Below, piece by piece: positions 12,361-26,311 of a DNA stretch of 64,000 nt. Location of the stretch: assembly GCA_965202585.1 (NCBI GenBank), contig OZ241831.1, positions 46,996,001 through 47,060,000 on the forward strand, written 5' to 3'. Under the pieces are notes generated by a model, which searched no databases, was not told where the DNA came from, and worked only from the letters and a program-made list of their open reading frames with translations. This DNA comes from Thalia democratica (taxonomy: Eukaryota). Both the position numbers and the translations under genes were made by a program. How positions within the stretch are numbered: the first letter of the stretch is position 1; every line of letters begins with the position of its first letter.

Positions 12361-15300
12361 TTTAAGGTTTATAATATTAATAGCAAAAGCAAACTGCTGG
12401 AAAATTTAAACAAATAGCAGTTTGTCCTTGTGTTTATTTTCTGATTTGTTAAAGAAACACAAAATATGATCATAGTATTTGAGAAATTATAAAACTAAAT
12501 AAAAATTTACTTATGGTATTAACATTGTTACTTTAATTTTTTTATAAATACACTTTGTTTTTACCATATGAAATTTATACAAAATCATTTTTAAGTGTTC
12601 GAAGGGTTGCCTAGTTACTAAACATTTACTAAATTTGAAAAATACAATATGTTATTTATGGGATTATATAATACTTTTAATAAGTTTATTTAATTATTTA
12701 TTGTTTAAACCCTTTTGATAAATACAAAAAAAAAACTGTTATACCTAAAAAACATTTTGATATTTATTATGCATTTAAGAGTAATGAACGAAAGAAATAA
12801 TTTTTGTTAAAAAAACACAAAATACTATCTCCTTTTAATAGCTTACAATTTATTCTTTACTGTTCTTGTACTACACTTAAACAAATACTACAAACAATAG
12901 ATAACTTCAAAATGACTTATTCTACTGATACAATCTACTCAAAACTAAAACAAATCTCACTCTCAATCCTTTACTTTTCCACTCGTTTATCTTTCTGCTG
13001 ATTGCCATAACTTGCTTTTTAGACTCACTAGAACGAGGTCTTTTGCAGCTAGCGTTTTCATTTAGAACTGCCAGACTTTCTAACAAAATGTTTGTGACTG
13101 ATGCTTTTTTGCAAACAAAACAAATTTTTGAAAAACGAAAAAAAGTTTCCACTTAAAAATAGCTTAAAATATTAATGAAATCAAAAGAATGAAAAATAAA
13201 GCAGGAAGGCTGTGTTTGAATACCGTTTGCAACTTAACATAAGAAAATAGAAATTATTCATCTGTATCAGTAATTTAAGTGACTAAATTAACTTTTTTTT
13301 GAAAACGTATTTTTTATGTGCTTAAGGTATTATGACAGAAATAATCAAGCATTATTCAGTAAAAAAACAAAATCTTTACATGTCAAAAAGTTGATTAAGG
13401 CCGTAGGAAGTCAAACTTCACTTTGAAAAATTTAACACTGTACCTTATTTAGAACTCGAGCTATGTACTATAAAAAACTTTTTGTATAACATAAAACTTA
13501 AAATAACCATAGAGATTTGGTAATATTAAAATATATATATATTATAAAAGTATAAAAGAATATAATCATTTTTAAACTCATAATAGATTCTTAAAAAAAA
13601 TTATGGAACTTATATATACTTTATAACTTGATAAGTTAACAATGAATGTGTCAAAAATACGTTATGAAAAATATGTTATCAAAATGAAAAAAGCTACATT
13701 TTTCTACCTCAAGTTGCAAGTAGTTTTTTTTTAAATAACAAAATTACAAAAAAAGTACTGAAAAAAAAAAACATCTCTATCATGAAATATACTTAATGAT
13801 CTTTAGAAAAAGTTGTCTGAATTTCTATTATGCTTTTGTAAAACTCAACAAGCTAAGGGTCTTTGAGATTTATTCTTAACTTTCTAAACTTAAAGATAAC
13901 TATTTCACTAGTTGCAAAACTTGAACATTTTATTTGTTGATTTTCATTTCAAAAGAATATAAAAGGAAAGCCTACAACAACTAACAATATTTTTCATTCA
14001 AGTTTGTAATAAAACTTTTCATTTGTAACTTAATTAATTTTACATAATAATATTAAACTCACAAAAAAAAGTTATACTAGTTTATTGCAAACCTGTAGAG
14101 TAAAAACAATTAAGCTATAAATAGTGTACAAAAAGAAATAAACTAACTCAAAGCTTCATTTTTGTGGAATTCTGCATGAATTATTTTTTCTTGGCCTTCA
14201 AAAAAGTTATTGTTATAAGAATGGACTACTTTTAAAATTATTTACAATATAGTTTATTTAAAGAATCTTAGACAACACTAATAGTCTATTAAATACAACA
14301 AAAACCAACAATTTTAGTCAAAGGACCTGGTGTATAGAAAGACCTTTTGGTCATTGAGTAACACACCAAATATTTACTTTATCTATTTTGTGTTACAAAT
14401 AAAGAGTGAAAGTATTATTTTACTAAAATAAAATATAAAAGAATAAGAAAAACACGTATTAAAAGGTAAAAAAACACAATATGATATTTTTCTCAGAATA
14501 ACTTATAATGAAAAAAAAGTAAACTTTTGCTTAAAGCAATAACTTAGGCCTACCTGTAAAAATATATCTATACCAATAGAATCAACAGTAACCACATGAG
14601 CAGATAGCAAATGAATTTACTACATAATTTTTTAATAATAAGCAAATAAATACAAAAGTAAGAAATTTTCAATTTACATTTTAACAGTAGTTTAGTTAGT
14701 AATTTAACTATTTAACATTTTTAAAGTAATTGTATTAAATACTTAGTAAATGTAACTATACAAATGAAATACTAACTGAAACTTATAGTTATAGTCTAAG
14801 TATAATAGTACTTGCAGCAACCTAGACTGGATCGATGTCATCAGAAGCCAATTAACAAGCTTAGCAGGGACTATTCCTAGGTAAAGTATTTATCAATACA
14901 ATGCTAAAACATATGAAAATAATATCCCCACTATAACCTACCTTCATTGACCATTCAATTTGTCTTGTAGTAAAAAATCTATTAGATCTATTTGGTACCC
15001 TACAAAATGATCATGATCTTTTAAGTCATTTAGCATATCAGTTCACATCTTACTACCCTGATATGCAAGAAATTTATGCCCATGTCTATAACAGATTGGT
15101 AAGAAAAACTTTTTTCAAACGAGTCTAGTTAAACGTTTATGTACTTTGTCTCAATTTTAAAAATAACGTTTTAAATTAAATGGTAAAAGCTATGTTTAAG
15201 TTTATGTACAAAGACTTAATAAAGAGTACAAGGTGGGTCTCTAGATAGGCTACCAATGCTTATAAGAACTAATTTAAAATAACAAAAGTATGTAGCCCAA

Positions 15301-15844
15301 TATGTTGAAATACTATATTGGTACATTGGTGCTGTATTTAGAACCTCTTTTGTTTATTTTTTGAAAATAAATGCAATAAAAATATTTGAAAAAAAAAATT
15401 CAATAAGTAACGTGACTTCCATATCAAGGGTCTAACTTGCTGGAACGTTAAACACCAGATGAATTGAGTGTTGTTATGTGAAACCTTCCAAACCATCTTA
15501 AAATCAACAGCAAGCAGTAAATTAACTAATTCATTCTAAGAGCTATTTCAAACTCATGCAGGCTGATTTGAAAAAGGGCTGAACAGAGAATAAGTCAAGA
15601 GATTTAGATAGAATTTTTGCCACCAAGGTCAATGAAGGGTAAAACTGGGTTAAGCAACAATGTAAACTACTGAATCCTACCTAGATATTCTGGGATCTGA
15701 AAGGAAGAGCAAGGTTGCCAAAGGTTTTTTTTTTGTAAATTTCTTATAGAATTTCAGAATTTTTTTTTCATGTTGTTAAAAAACATGTTTTGTGATCCAT
15801 TTTTAGTATAAAATTAAAGTTGAATTAAAAACAAATGTCTTAAA

Positions 15845-16322
15845 TGAATAAGTGTCAAATACGCACAAAGAGACACTTTTGCACAAGGGGTCACTTTTGG
15901 ACAAAGGGAATTTTTGCATGGTGTCAGTTTTGCACAAGGCTTCACTTCTGCACAGGTTGTAATTTTATCTATTTTTTAAATATCATTAATATCTTTTTTT
16001 TTCAATTTTACTCTCACTGTTACCCCTAACCTCATACCCTTGGTTGGTAACCATTAATAATTTTTTTTTTTTTTCAATTTTTTTTATTAAAAATTTTCAT
16101 TTTCTTTAATTTTTTCTTATACTATTACTGTTACCCCTAACAACTTTGGTTGGTAATTTTTTTATTTTTTTATTTTATCTTGTTTTGTTTCTTTTACTTT
16201 TTTTTTTTTTTTACTTTTGTGCAAAAGTGTCTTTGTTCAAGAATGTATCTGTGAAAAATTGTCCCTTTGTGCATATCTGACCCTTCATGAAAAAATGTCT
16301 TTGTGCATATTTGATCTGTTCC
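15845..16322. mobile_element. Non-autonomous element with repetitive TTTTGCAC subterminal inverted arrays and internal accc(c)taacc motifs
   Basis: The left arm of repeated ttttgcacaag units mirrors the right arm of gtgcaaaag/gtgcatat units. Same family as 33722-34087 and 62769-63306. Confidence 0.65.
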
Positions 16323-18103
16323 TGTCTTAACCAGTATAACTAAGATACTGTAAAGCTACTTCAAGTGTTTTTTTAAAAGAAATAAATAAAGATACAATTT
16401 TTTTATTTTATGATAGATATTTTGTATCAAATAAAAATTTTGTTATTTAGTTCAATAACATTTAATTTTACAACAATTTAACAATTTACAATTAACAATT
16501 TAAAAAAGGTTCAAAATACTAGTTTATTTTGTCTGAATTGCCAAACTTCAGGTTTTTCATGGATGTATGTATTTTAGTAACCCTGGAAGAGTTGCCAAAA
16601 AAATAAAAGAGTTCTTAGGTACAATTTCAGAAATTTGAGACTTAAACTATATATCTAGGGTCTGGAACTTTTGAAAACTTACAATATATATTCTTGGGTT
16701 TGAATTAAAAACGGTCATTTAACATAGAATTTTGAACGTTCTTAGATGTAAATTAACAAAATATAGATTAAATGTAAAACATTTGGTTACACAACAGTTT
16801 AAATTCTTAAAAAAATATATTATGAGACCATGTTTCGGAAATTATATATATTTGAAAAAAATAAAAAAGAACATGAGTAGGTCTTACTAATATGAGATTG
16901 CAAAGATTTTGATTTAAAAAAAAAGCAGTTAAATTTCACGTGTTATTTCACCTTGAAACGCTGCTGTTTTGGCTTTTAAATTTCAATTACCAAGCAAAAA
17001 AACATAATTTACAAGAATTTTCTCATAATTTTCAATTTTTAACTAGGGATTTATAGGAATTTTTCAGAATATTTCAAAATTATAGGGATTTTTAGGGATT
17101 TATACGGAAGTGGGAACCATATAAACAAATTTAAATCTTATTGAGATATATTAAGATTTTATTCATTTCAAAGATCATTTTAGCCATATCTCAAAAAATA
17201 TTTGAAATTTCACAAAAAAATTAAAATGGTCAGTAGATACTCTAAATGTATTTATTACTTTTTGAGCTGTGACTCTTTAACAAAAATAAAGAATTTGAAT
17301 TAGAGTGCTTTAGAGTCTAGTATGTATAAAGAACAATTTTTTTTTAACATATTTAAAATTGCACCACATTAATTTCAAATAGTAAATTAATTTTTTGCAC
17401 TGAAAATGTTTTAAATAAAAGACAAAAGCTTTGCAATTAGTGTGATTTGGTTTTTGTTTCATTAGACAACTATTTTAAGGCTATTTTATAGCTTTTTTGT
17501 ATTTTAAATAGTACTGTTTAAAACAGTTTTTTATCATAAATTAAAGTTTATAATAAAAATTAACAAGAAAACTTGTTTTTTTTTTTAAATCAGGATTAGT
17601 TATTCTTAAACTTTTTTTATCTAATGTTACAAAAGTATATAATAAAAAAATCTTAGTAGACTGAAAAAATAAGTATACTTAAATTTTTATATTTTTCAAG
17701 TTCAAGACACTTTTTTACAACAGTTTACAAAAAAATACTGAGATATAAAGTATATAACTGTCATCAAATTTGCACTTTACTATAGTTATGGTTATTAAGT
17801 TCAAGGTTTTTAAATTTATTACAAATAGAAACTTAAACTAACATCTATCAGTTACAAAAATATAAATTTATATGAAAAAATTTATCAGCATTACATATAA
17901 ATAAAAAAACTAGTTTAATCAAACAACTAATTTTGTTAATAGTTTTATACTTTTTTAATTATTTTTATACTAGAAATTGCATTATAACTATTTTAGTTAA
18001 TTTTATAAAAAAATTATAGGTAAAAGATCTTTATAAGCTAAAATACATTGAATATAAATTTATTAATTCTGACAAAATTTATTTCTCACAGCACATTTTT
18101 TAA

Positions 18104-18786
18104 GGCCATAGGAGGGGGGGGGGTCCAATACTTTTTTTTACAAAAACTAACTTTGGCTTTTATATGAAAGCTTTAAGTACAAACTACAAGCCTGTTTTTA
18201 TAGAGTTCAAAAATATCATTTAACTTTTGAAATATTTCAATTTTTGTAAAATGTTTCTGATACAAACTTATGTGCCACAATTTTTTTGGGATTAATTTTC
18301 TTGGAAATTTTAAAATTCCTTAAAAATCTATCTCCTCTTTAATTTTTCAAGCAGTCTTCTTCAAATCTTCAAGAAATTTTTCTTATATTAAAAGAAAAAA
18401 AACGTTACTTATGAATTTTAATTGTTTTAAAAAATATAAATTTTATGATAAAAAAAAAAAAGTTGTTTTTTTTTTTTTTTTTTTTAATTTTACTTGAAAC
18501 TTTTTAAAGTCCAAAGTAACGTTTTTTGTTATTGTGTAAAGATTAGACTGTGAATGTTTGAAGGAGATTGTTTGAAAAATGTATAAGGAGATAGATTTTA
18601 AATAAAATAGTCTTTTTTTGCTGTTTTATTTTCCCTTTTCATAATGAACCTGTTATGCGACTTTGACTGGTCATATTTCAAAAATAATTCAAATTTTTAA
18701 AAACAATAAAAAGCATCTTGAAGCATAGAAAAAAACTCTATAAAATGAGATCAACATGTAAAAACATGACCTACTCCCCTATGACC
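18104..18786. mobile_element. Kolobok-like MITE (TTAA TSD)
   Basis: ttaa|ggccataggagggg ... ctcccctatgacc|ttaa. Its internal sequence is the reverse complement of 20154-20775. Confidence 0.75.
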
Positions 18787-20153
18787 TTAAAGCTAGTTTA
18801 TGAAATGTAATAATAATAATGTTCATTTGTAGAATTATGTAACATGCAGCTCATTACAGTGTGTTTGTATTTATATTTGTTTTTGTTTCAAATTTTTCAT
18901 TGTTAATAAATAGTTAAAATAAATGACAAGGAGATATTCTTCATAAACAAGCATTTTTTTAATTAAAATAAGTTAAAGTTTTTTTTAAGTTGTTAAGCCA
19001 TAACCAACATTTTGAGTTTAAAATCAGAATGAAATTAATTACACAAGTTAAGAACTAATAAACTTACATGCTTCCTTCTCTTTTAGCAGGTTTTCAATTA
19101 CAGCATTTAAATTTTCCAACTCTTTTTGTTGACTTTTAAAATTTTTTCTCTCATTGGAAACCAACTCCTTTAACTTTCTACTTGAAATGTCCATATCTAC
19201 TTAGTTTTAGTATATTATCTAAATTGTAGAATTGTAGACTTTTACAATTTAAAAGAAGTATTTTTGTAGTATTTAAATATAAATAATGAGTTTACAAACA
19301 TGATCAAAAACATTTAAGTGAATTAAGCAAATTTAAGAAATTCTTAAATGGGAACAACAAAAAGAAGAGTAGCCTAGTACAGCAAACTTAATGTAAAAAC
19401 AATAACAAAAGACTGGTAACAGCAAGCAAAACAGACTTTTTCTACAATTGTACAGCACAGAAAACAAGACATAATTTTTGAAGCAAAACTAAACTTAAAA
19501 TTACATAGGCCTAAGTGCAAATTAGTTTAAAAAATAGTAGCTACCTATAAAACCACAATAAATTTAAAACTTGATAACTCCAAATATGTGTAAGCAAAAT
19601 AGGTTCCATCCATATACATAAAATTACTGTTAGCAAAATACAATACAAAATTAACTGAAAAATTCTTGCTATACAAACTAAAGCCAAGCCTGGCATTTAG
19701 ACCTGCAGTTTCTGCCAAAAAAAAAACACTTATGATACTAGAATCTGTACCAAATCGCATCAACCATAGATCTGAATAAATAAACACTTACAGAGACAGA
19801 AACAAATTTCTCCATAAAATCAGAAGGCAGTCGAAACTCAATTTTTTTAGCAACATATATTCTTTTTGTATTTTCTAATGAGTGTTTATGTGCTTTTGGA
19901 TCAATTTTATTACTTATTTATACAAAACTTGTCTGGAATTCTCATTTTCTTATTATCCCAACATAGCACATTTTAACACATTTTTAAAATAAAGAGTGTA
20001 CTAATGGAAAAAAAAAACAATTAAAGTGAACTAATGAAAAACCTAATTATTTAGACTTTAGAAACATTCAAAAGTATCTTACATAGGAAACCAAGTATTA
20101 AATATAAAAAGTAACTAGAAAAACTATTAACCAATTATGTCAAATACTATTAA

Positions 20154-20775
20154 GGGCATAGGGGGTCCACCTTAATTTTTACAAGTTGATCTTATTTTAT
20201 AGAGTTTTATCCCAGCTATCAGAAATTTTTAACTGTTTGAAAAAACTCAAAGTATTTTTTGAGATATTAGCAGTCAAAGTCGGTGACCTCAATAGGTTCC
20301 TAATGGAAGGCGCAAACTAAAAACGCAAAAAAAGACCATTTCACTAAAAATCTATCTCCTCTTTCATTTTTTAAGCAATCTTTTCGCAGAAAGTGTATTA
20401 TTAAATTTTAAAAAGATTGAATGCAGGAATTTATTTTAATTTTGAAAAATATTTTTTTTAATATTTTTAAAATTCCAACATTCAAAGTCTTTTAAACTAT
20501 AAAAGGAACGTTTCCTGAAATTTTGAGGTCTCTATCTCAAAAAATGAAGGAGAAGATAGGTTTTCAGTGATTTTTTAAATTTCAAAGAAAATTGACCCCA
20601 AAAAACTTGCGGTCCATAGGTTTGTATTGGAAACTTTTTATAAAAATTACAATATCTGAAAAGTTAAATATTTTTTTTTAATTCTATAAAAACTGGCTTG
20701 TAGTTTGTACTTTAAGCTTTCATATAAGATCCAATGTTATTTTTAGTAAAAAAATATGTCGGACCCCCTATGCCC
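20154..20775. mobile_element. Kolobok-like MITE (TTAA TSD, perfect 15-bp TIR)
   Basis: ttaa|gggcatagggggtcc ... ggaccccctatgccc|ttaa. TTAA TSD with RR...YY ends is the established Kolobok signature, whereas piggyBac starts CC. Confidence 0.8.
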
Positions 20776-23700
20776 TTAAGTTATATTTACTAATAGCAAA
20801 AGTGGTAAATATTTTATGAATGTATATCAGTTGAAACATAATGTAGTCTACAAATACAAGTGATCTTTCAAGATTTTCAATGATAAGAGCATTTAATACA
20901 TTGGATTTACTTCAAGACCACTAGTATTAAGAGTTAAAAACATTTAAGGATGAAAACAGCAGTATCAAACCACATTATTGTAACAATTGTAAAAATGAAA
21001 AAATTACTGTAAATAAACCTTAATACAATGTTTTTTCTAGTGTTTTAAATCTAATTTTTGTAAAACACTGTTTAATTCAAAAATAACCCCTTTATTTATA
21101 TTTATTATTAATTAACTATTTGTATTACCATTACCTATCATTTCTGTATATTTATATCTAATCCATGGAGGAAATTTCTTGAAAACTAAAGACCACCCAG
21201 TCTATGATACTGTAGAAATACCAGTAAGATCAGGAATATCAAAACCACATTTTTACAGAAATCTTACTCAAAACTGAATTGGCTATTAGTAGTTCCCAAG
21301 TGTTCTTTGAAAGTGCTATTATTAAAGTATTAAAATTATGTATTTAAATTTCTAATTTTTTTTTGTTACATCTAAAAAAACATCAATTTACTTAAAAACA
21401 AATACATATTTATTTAAAACTTCTAATTTTTCTGACTCTCCTGACAATTCCAGAAAAAATACCTACTTTCCTAATTATCCTAAAGATTATCCTTTCCTGA
21501 TTATTTGTAATTATGTTAGTAATGATCCAATAAACTAAAAATCCAACTAATTAATGAAAATAGCAATTAGTTCCCTGTGATTCATTTTATTAGCTAGATT
21601 TCCTCTTTTTTCAGACAAAGTTTCACATGTAAGAAGTAAACGAGCTAGCAAAAATCAAAACTAAACTGAGTCCAAGTATTAGTTTTATTTTTTACTAAAT
21701 AGAAAAAACAATTTAAACAACTTGTAGCATTAACTTAAACTAATTTTATATTAGCTTCAAGAAATGGTAAAGCAAATCAAAATCAGAAAAATTAATTTTA
21801 TAAACATCTCACTACTGAATAAAACAAAAAATGTAGCACAAATCATGTTGATTAAACAAGCAGTTATAAACTGTTTGATATTATATTTATCCTAATGATA
21901 TCTTCTCTTAGAGAAGACAACTCTTGGAAAACTAAAAGTTAAAAGATTAGGCCTTAATGCTTAAAGTACTATGTTTAAAGTTTTAAACGATTAGAAATAA
22001 AAATATTTATATTTTTCTTAATTTAAACTATTAATTACAACCATAAGTTAAGTTTAACACGAGGTTAATAATATAATTATTTATTAGAATATATGTCAAC
22101 CTCAAATGTTTTTATTTGTCAACTTGGAGAGTATTTAAAACTTCACCATAGCTTAAATAATAAAGAAACTGTTTGTAAAACAAGAACTATTTTATATATA
22201 TTAGCGTAATTTATAAACAAGTTTAACTTCTAAAATGAATTTGAAATTTGTATTAAAGTAAATAATAAAGATAAGCTTTTTTGTTTGTTTATTATATGTT
22301 TTACAATTTAAAACTGGCTTTTGAAATATCTAAAGAAATTTTGGCTTATTTATTTTAGGTACACGATTTCTGGTGCAAAAAATGATAACTTAATCTTAAA
22401 TATAGACAAAGACCACATTGAAAAGTTTGTGTCAACCATTTGAAACTAAAGTTAAAGAAGAGCAATTATATGAATTTATATAGAAAATATATTTGTTAGA
22501 GTTAAAAAAACAATATAAATTTAAATTTTGTTATTGTATCTTTCAACGGTTTTTGATTTAGCAGAATATCTTTGATGTTGATACTTAAATTTTAAAGTCA
22601 GACTCATACGAAACAGTTATTACTTAGGTTGTAAAGATTTAGAAAGATTTGAAAAATAACAAATTGTTCTCAGTTTAAGTAGAACAATGTATCAATAAAA
22701 AGTTTTTAGTTCAAAAATCGTTAAGTAATTTGTAAAGAAATATAAGTTTCAAATTTGAGACGATAAATTTTGATGTAGCTAGTAAAAGTAACTACAATGT
22801 TGTCAACGTTTATTTTGCAGACCAACAGAATTTATAATTCACAGCGTATTTTAGCCTGAAAACAATTTGTGAAAACAAATAAAAGCTCGTTTGTAAAAAA
22901 AATTTTGAAATTTACTTTAGGTTTACAATGTACGAATTAAAGAAATGTTAACTATAAATGTATTTTTTTAAATAAACTTTTATTTTTTATTTTTATGTTA
23001 TACTAGTTTTTTTAATACACTGCCCGCTATGACTTTTCAATATTTTTGGCCCGTAAGAAGCTTTTTTTTTTGATAATTCTAGCTTGCCAACTTTTTTCCA
23101 CCATAAAATAATAAGATAAAAATTCATAACTAAAGGTTTTACCTTTAAGTAAAATGTGTACAATTACTAATTACAAAAATCTAATAAAAAATTAGATATA
23201 TAATCTTTGTTTGCATAACTTAAAATAAATATCAATTGTAAAAACAAATAGAAACATTTGATGTCGTTCCCAATGTAGATTTCAATTGATTAAAGGTTTG
23301 TAGAAAATGTACATTACCGAAATTAGTAATTAAATTAAAAATTAAAACATATAAATACTTTTTACTACTTTAGAACTGCTATATTCTACAATGATAAAGT
23401 ATACTAAGTTTCACAAATGGTTAAGTACCTAAAAAATTAATTTTACTCCAAAACAATTGCTGTAGTTCATATGATATTCTCAATACCTTATTTATAATGC
23501 AATGAAACAAAGCTCCAACAAATAAACATCTACCTGGTCAATAAACATCTACTATGCAGGTATATAGTTTTTGTTCTGTAATTTAAAATATTGTTTCAGT
23601 TAATGCTTTTAATCAGCTTAGGTGCATGAAAGTTAGGATTTTGTTTCTTTAGTTATACTTTTTATAAAGTCCAGTAGTTTAAAAGTTTATACTTATGTTG

Positions 23701-25156
23701 TAAATTGTAATTTAATGATAACTACTTTTATTCAAAAACTTAAAAATAATAAAGATTTGTTTTACACATCTTATATGTTATATGATTAATACAGATGTGA
23801 ATTATTCTCTCCAGAAAACGTTTATTGTTGCAAGGGGTGGAGTTTGAGACTGATGTTTTTTTACAACAAAAAAATTATAATTTAAACTATTCTTTTAATT
23901 AGATAAAGAATTGTACAGGACAGTTATTCTTTTGTTTCTAAATTATTCATCTAATTCTCTTTTCCTAAAATACAAACATAGTTGTTTTTTCATTGACAAA
24001 ATTAGACCAGAAAAAATAAAGTGAAGTGCTCTAACACAAAAACTTTTTATAAAAAGAGTTCAAATTATGCAGACATGTTGTAAATATACAATTTAGTATG
24101 TGTTTGTATTTTAAATTTTTAACTAGTGTATTAAAAATTTTACAACCTTCTGACTGTACCTTAATAAACACCTATATTTTTTGTCCAAAGTAAAGGCCAT
24201 TACTCAAATCACTCAAACACAAACAACTCTTTGTAATTTAGTTTAAATTTTGCAGGCATGTTGTTAAATGTAAAATTTATATTCACTTGTTTTTTATTGT
24301 TCTACAAATGTAGTAAAAATTCATTACTATTTGTTCTTAAAAAACACTTAAATTTCTCCAGTCTGATTTTTCAGTGAAATTTTTTTTTTTAAAAGTCCCA
24401 AACCTTATTGACTGCAAAAATGATACATTGTTTTTAATAAAAGTTTGTTTTTGATGCATAAGTACATAACTACCTTCAACATTTATGTGTATCAAATGCA
24501 AAGCAGTGAAATTACGTTAAATAATAGTTATTAACTATGTTAACAATGAGATTTTTTATGTATAAATAGTTGTTTTTGGTAACTTAACTAGCTAAAAGGC
24601 CAAAGTTTACTAAGAAAATTTGATTGCAGGCTGACCTTTCATGTATAAACATTTAGTATTTAATTTCATGTATAACCACTAGTGTGAATCGAAAACTAAA
24701 CTAAGAAAATTTCTGAATTACACAACTAGTTTACAACCAAAAAATAAATTGCTACCCATACAATGCCCACCCCTAGGTTAAGGTATAATAATAGATATTT
24801 TTGAGGTTATTACGAGAAATTTCTAAAAAATAAGTGAAAAGATCATTAGTTAAAGTAATTATTTTTAGATAAGTGTTTTGGTTTTGACTAGGTAGTATTA
24901 AATAGTTAAAAAAGTAAGTTTAAAGATGTTACATAATATGATGCAAAAAATGTCTTGGATGCAAATTTCATAATACTTTTATTACATTAATACCAGTCAA
25001 AATAAAAAAATATTCTTTAAATAGTACATCACTTTTATTTTGATATATACTTTTGTGAAAGATACAGTAATGTCTGTTTAATATTGTATCTTCACGACTA
25101 AAACTTTGAAAAGTACATTAACTAATTCTTAAATGTCTCATTTAATAAAGACATTA

Positions 25157-25502
25157 CAGGGTTCCAACACACTCAGGATAACTCAGATGTTTTGAAGTTT
25201 TTGTAAATCTCAAGATGACTCAGGATATTTCGGTTTTTGTTTTTGTACTCAGACTGACTCAGGATAGTTTTGTTTTTGTTATGATAAATCAGAATAGTTT
25301 TAGGTTTTTATAATAGATTATCAGGACAGATTAAGTATCAATGTTTTGTTATTTTATAACCAATTTTGTTGAAGAACTAAATTTTTATTAATTTAAAATT
25401 GTCAAAAAAATATGAAATTATAAATAAAAAAAAAACTCAGGATGCCTCAAGACAGTTTAAGGTCATTCAGGATATCTTTTTTACTAGAGAGTGGCAACTC
25501 TG
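25157..25502. mobile_element. MITE with CAGGGTT-type TIRs and internal actcaggata repeats
   Basis: cagggttccaac ... gagtggcaactctg, with repeated actcagga units. A partial relative lies near 27946-28070. Confidence 0.6.
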
Positions 25503-26311
25503 TTATTAGAATAAAGTATTAGACTTAAGTAATAATTTTTCTAAAAAAAAAAAGTAATAAGTTTTAAAAATTAATATTTTAATATGTCAAATAAAACTAA
25601 ACAAAAATAAAAAATGCTTAGAACTATCAAAAAAATCAGTCTCAGTCTTATACAAATATTTCAAAGAGATCTTTTGTTTATTGAAAAACAAACATTTTCA
25701 ATTCTTATTCAAATAGAATCTTAAATAAAACTATTTGAGTCTTTAAAAATTTGTTTCAAATTTTTCAACAGAAGTTTTAGTCAACTGTTTTTTTTGTTTA
25801 AGTTTTAAAATCTATAAATTTTTAACTATAAGTTTTTACTGTATCTAAACCTTATATGTTTATCTTTAATAATCAAAAGAATTAAGTTTATACAGTCAAT
25901 ATTTTTAAAACTTTATTAAAAGTCAATTTTAAAGTTTTTTGTTATTAAATACATCTAATGGTGTATAAATGGCAAACATTAAAAAAAGACTAATGTTTTA
26001 TGTTCATGTACTAAAACACTCATCAATAAATTTGTTAGTTGTAATTAATTAAATATAGCATAAATATTAACTATTACTTAAAATTAATATAAACAACAAT
26101 TAATTTTTCATAATAACATTATTTTGTTCCTTTCAAAAAATTAAACGCTTAAGATATTTGTAATTTTAATATTTCTCAATGGCTAAATTAAGTTCATTTT
26201 ACTAGACAGTTTGTAACACTAATTTTTTTGACTTTTTCAAAATGTTGAATATAGACTAAAAATACACTTAGAGGCAAATTAAATATGTTATAAAATGCTC
26301 ATTTTTGTTAG

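Noticed and set aside
15405-15715. GC-elevated island as a decayed exon or LINE RT (minus strand reads AVDFKMVWKVSH)
   Set aside because: The best plus frame has about 9 stops in ~100 codons, no better than random, and the RT resemblance is a single weak motif.
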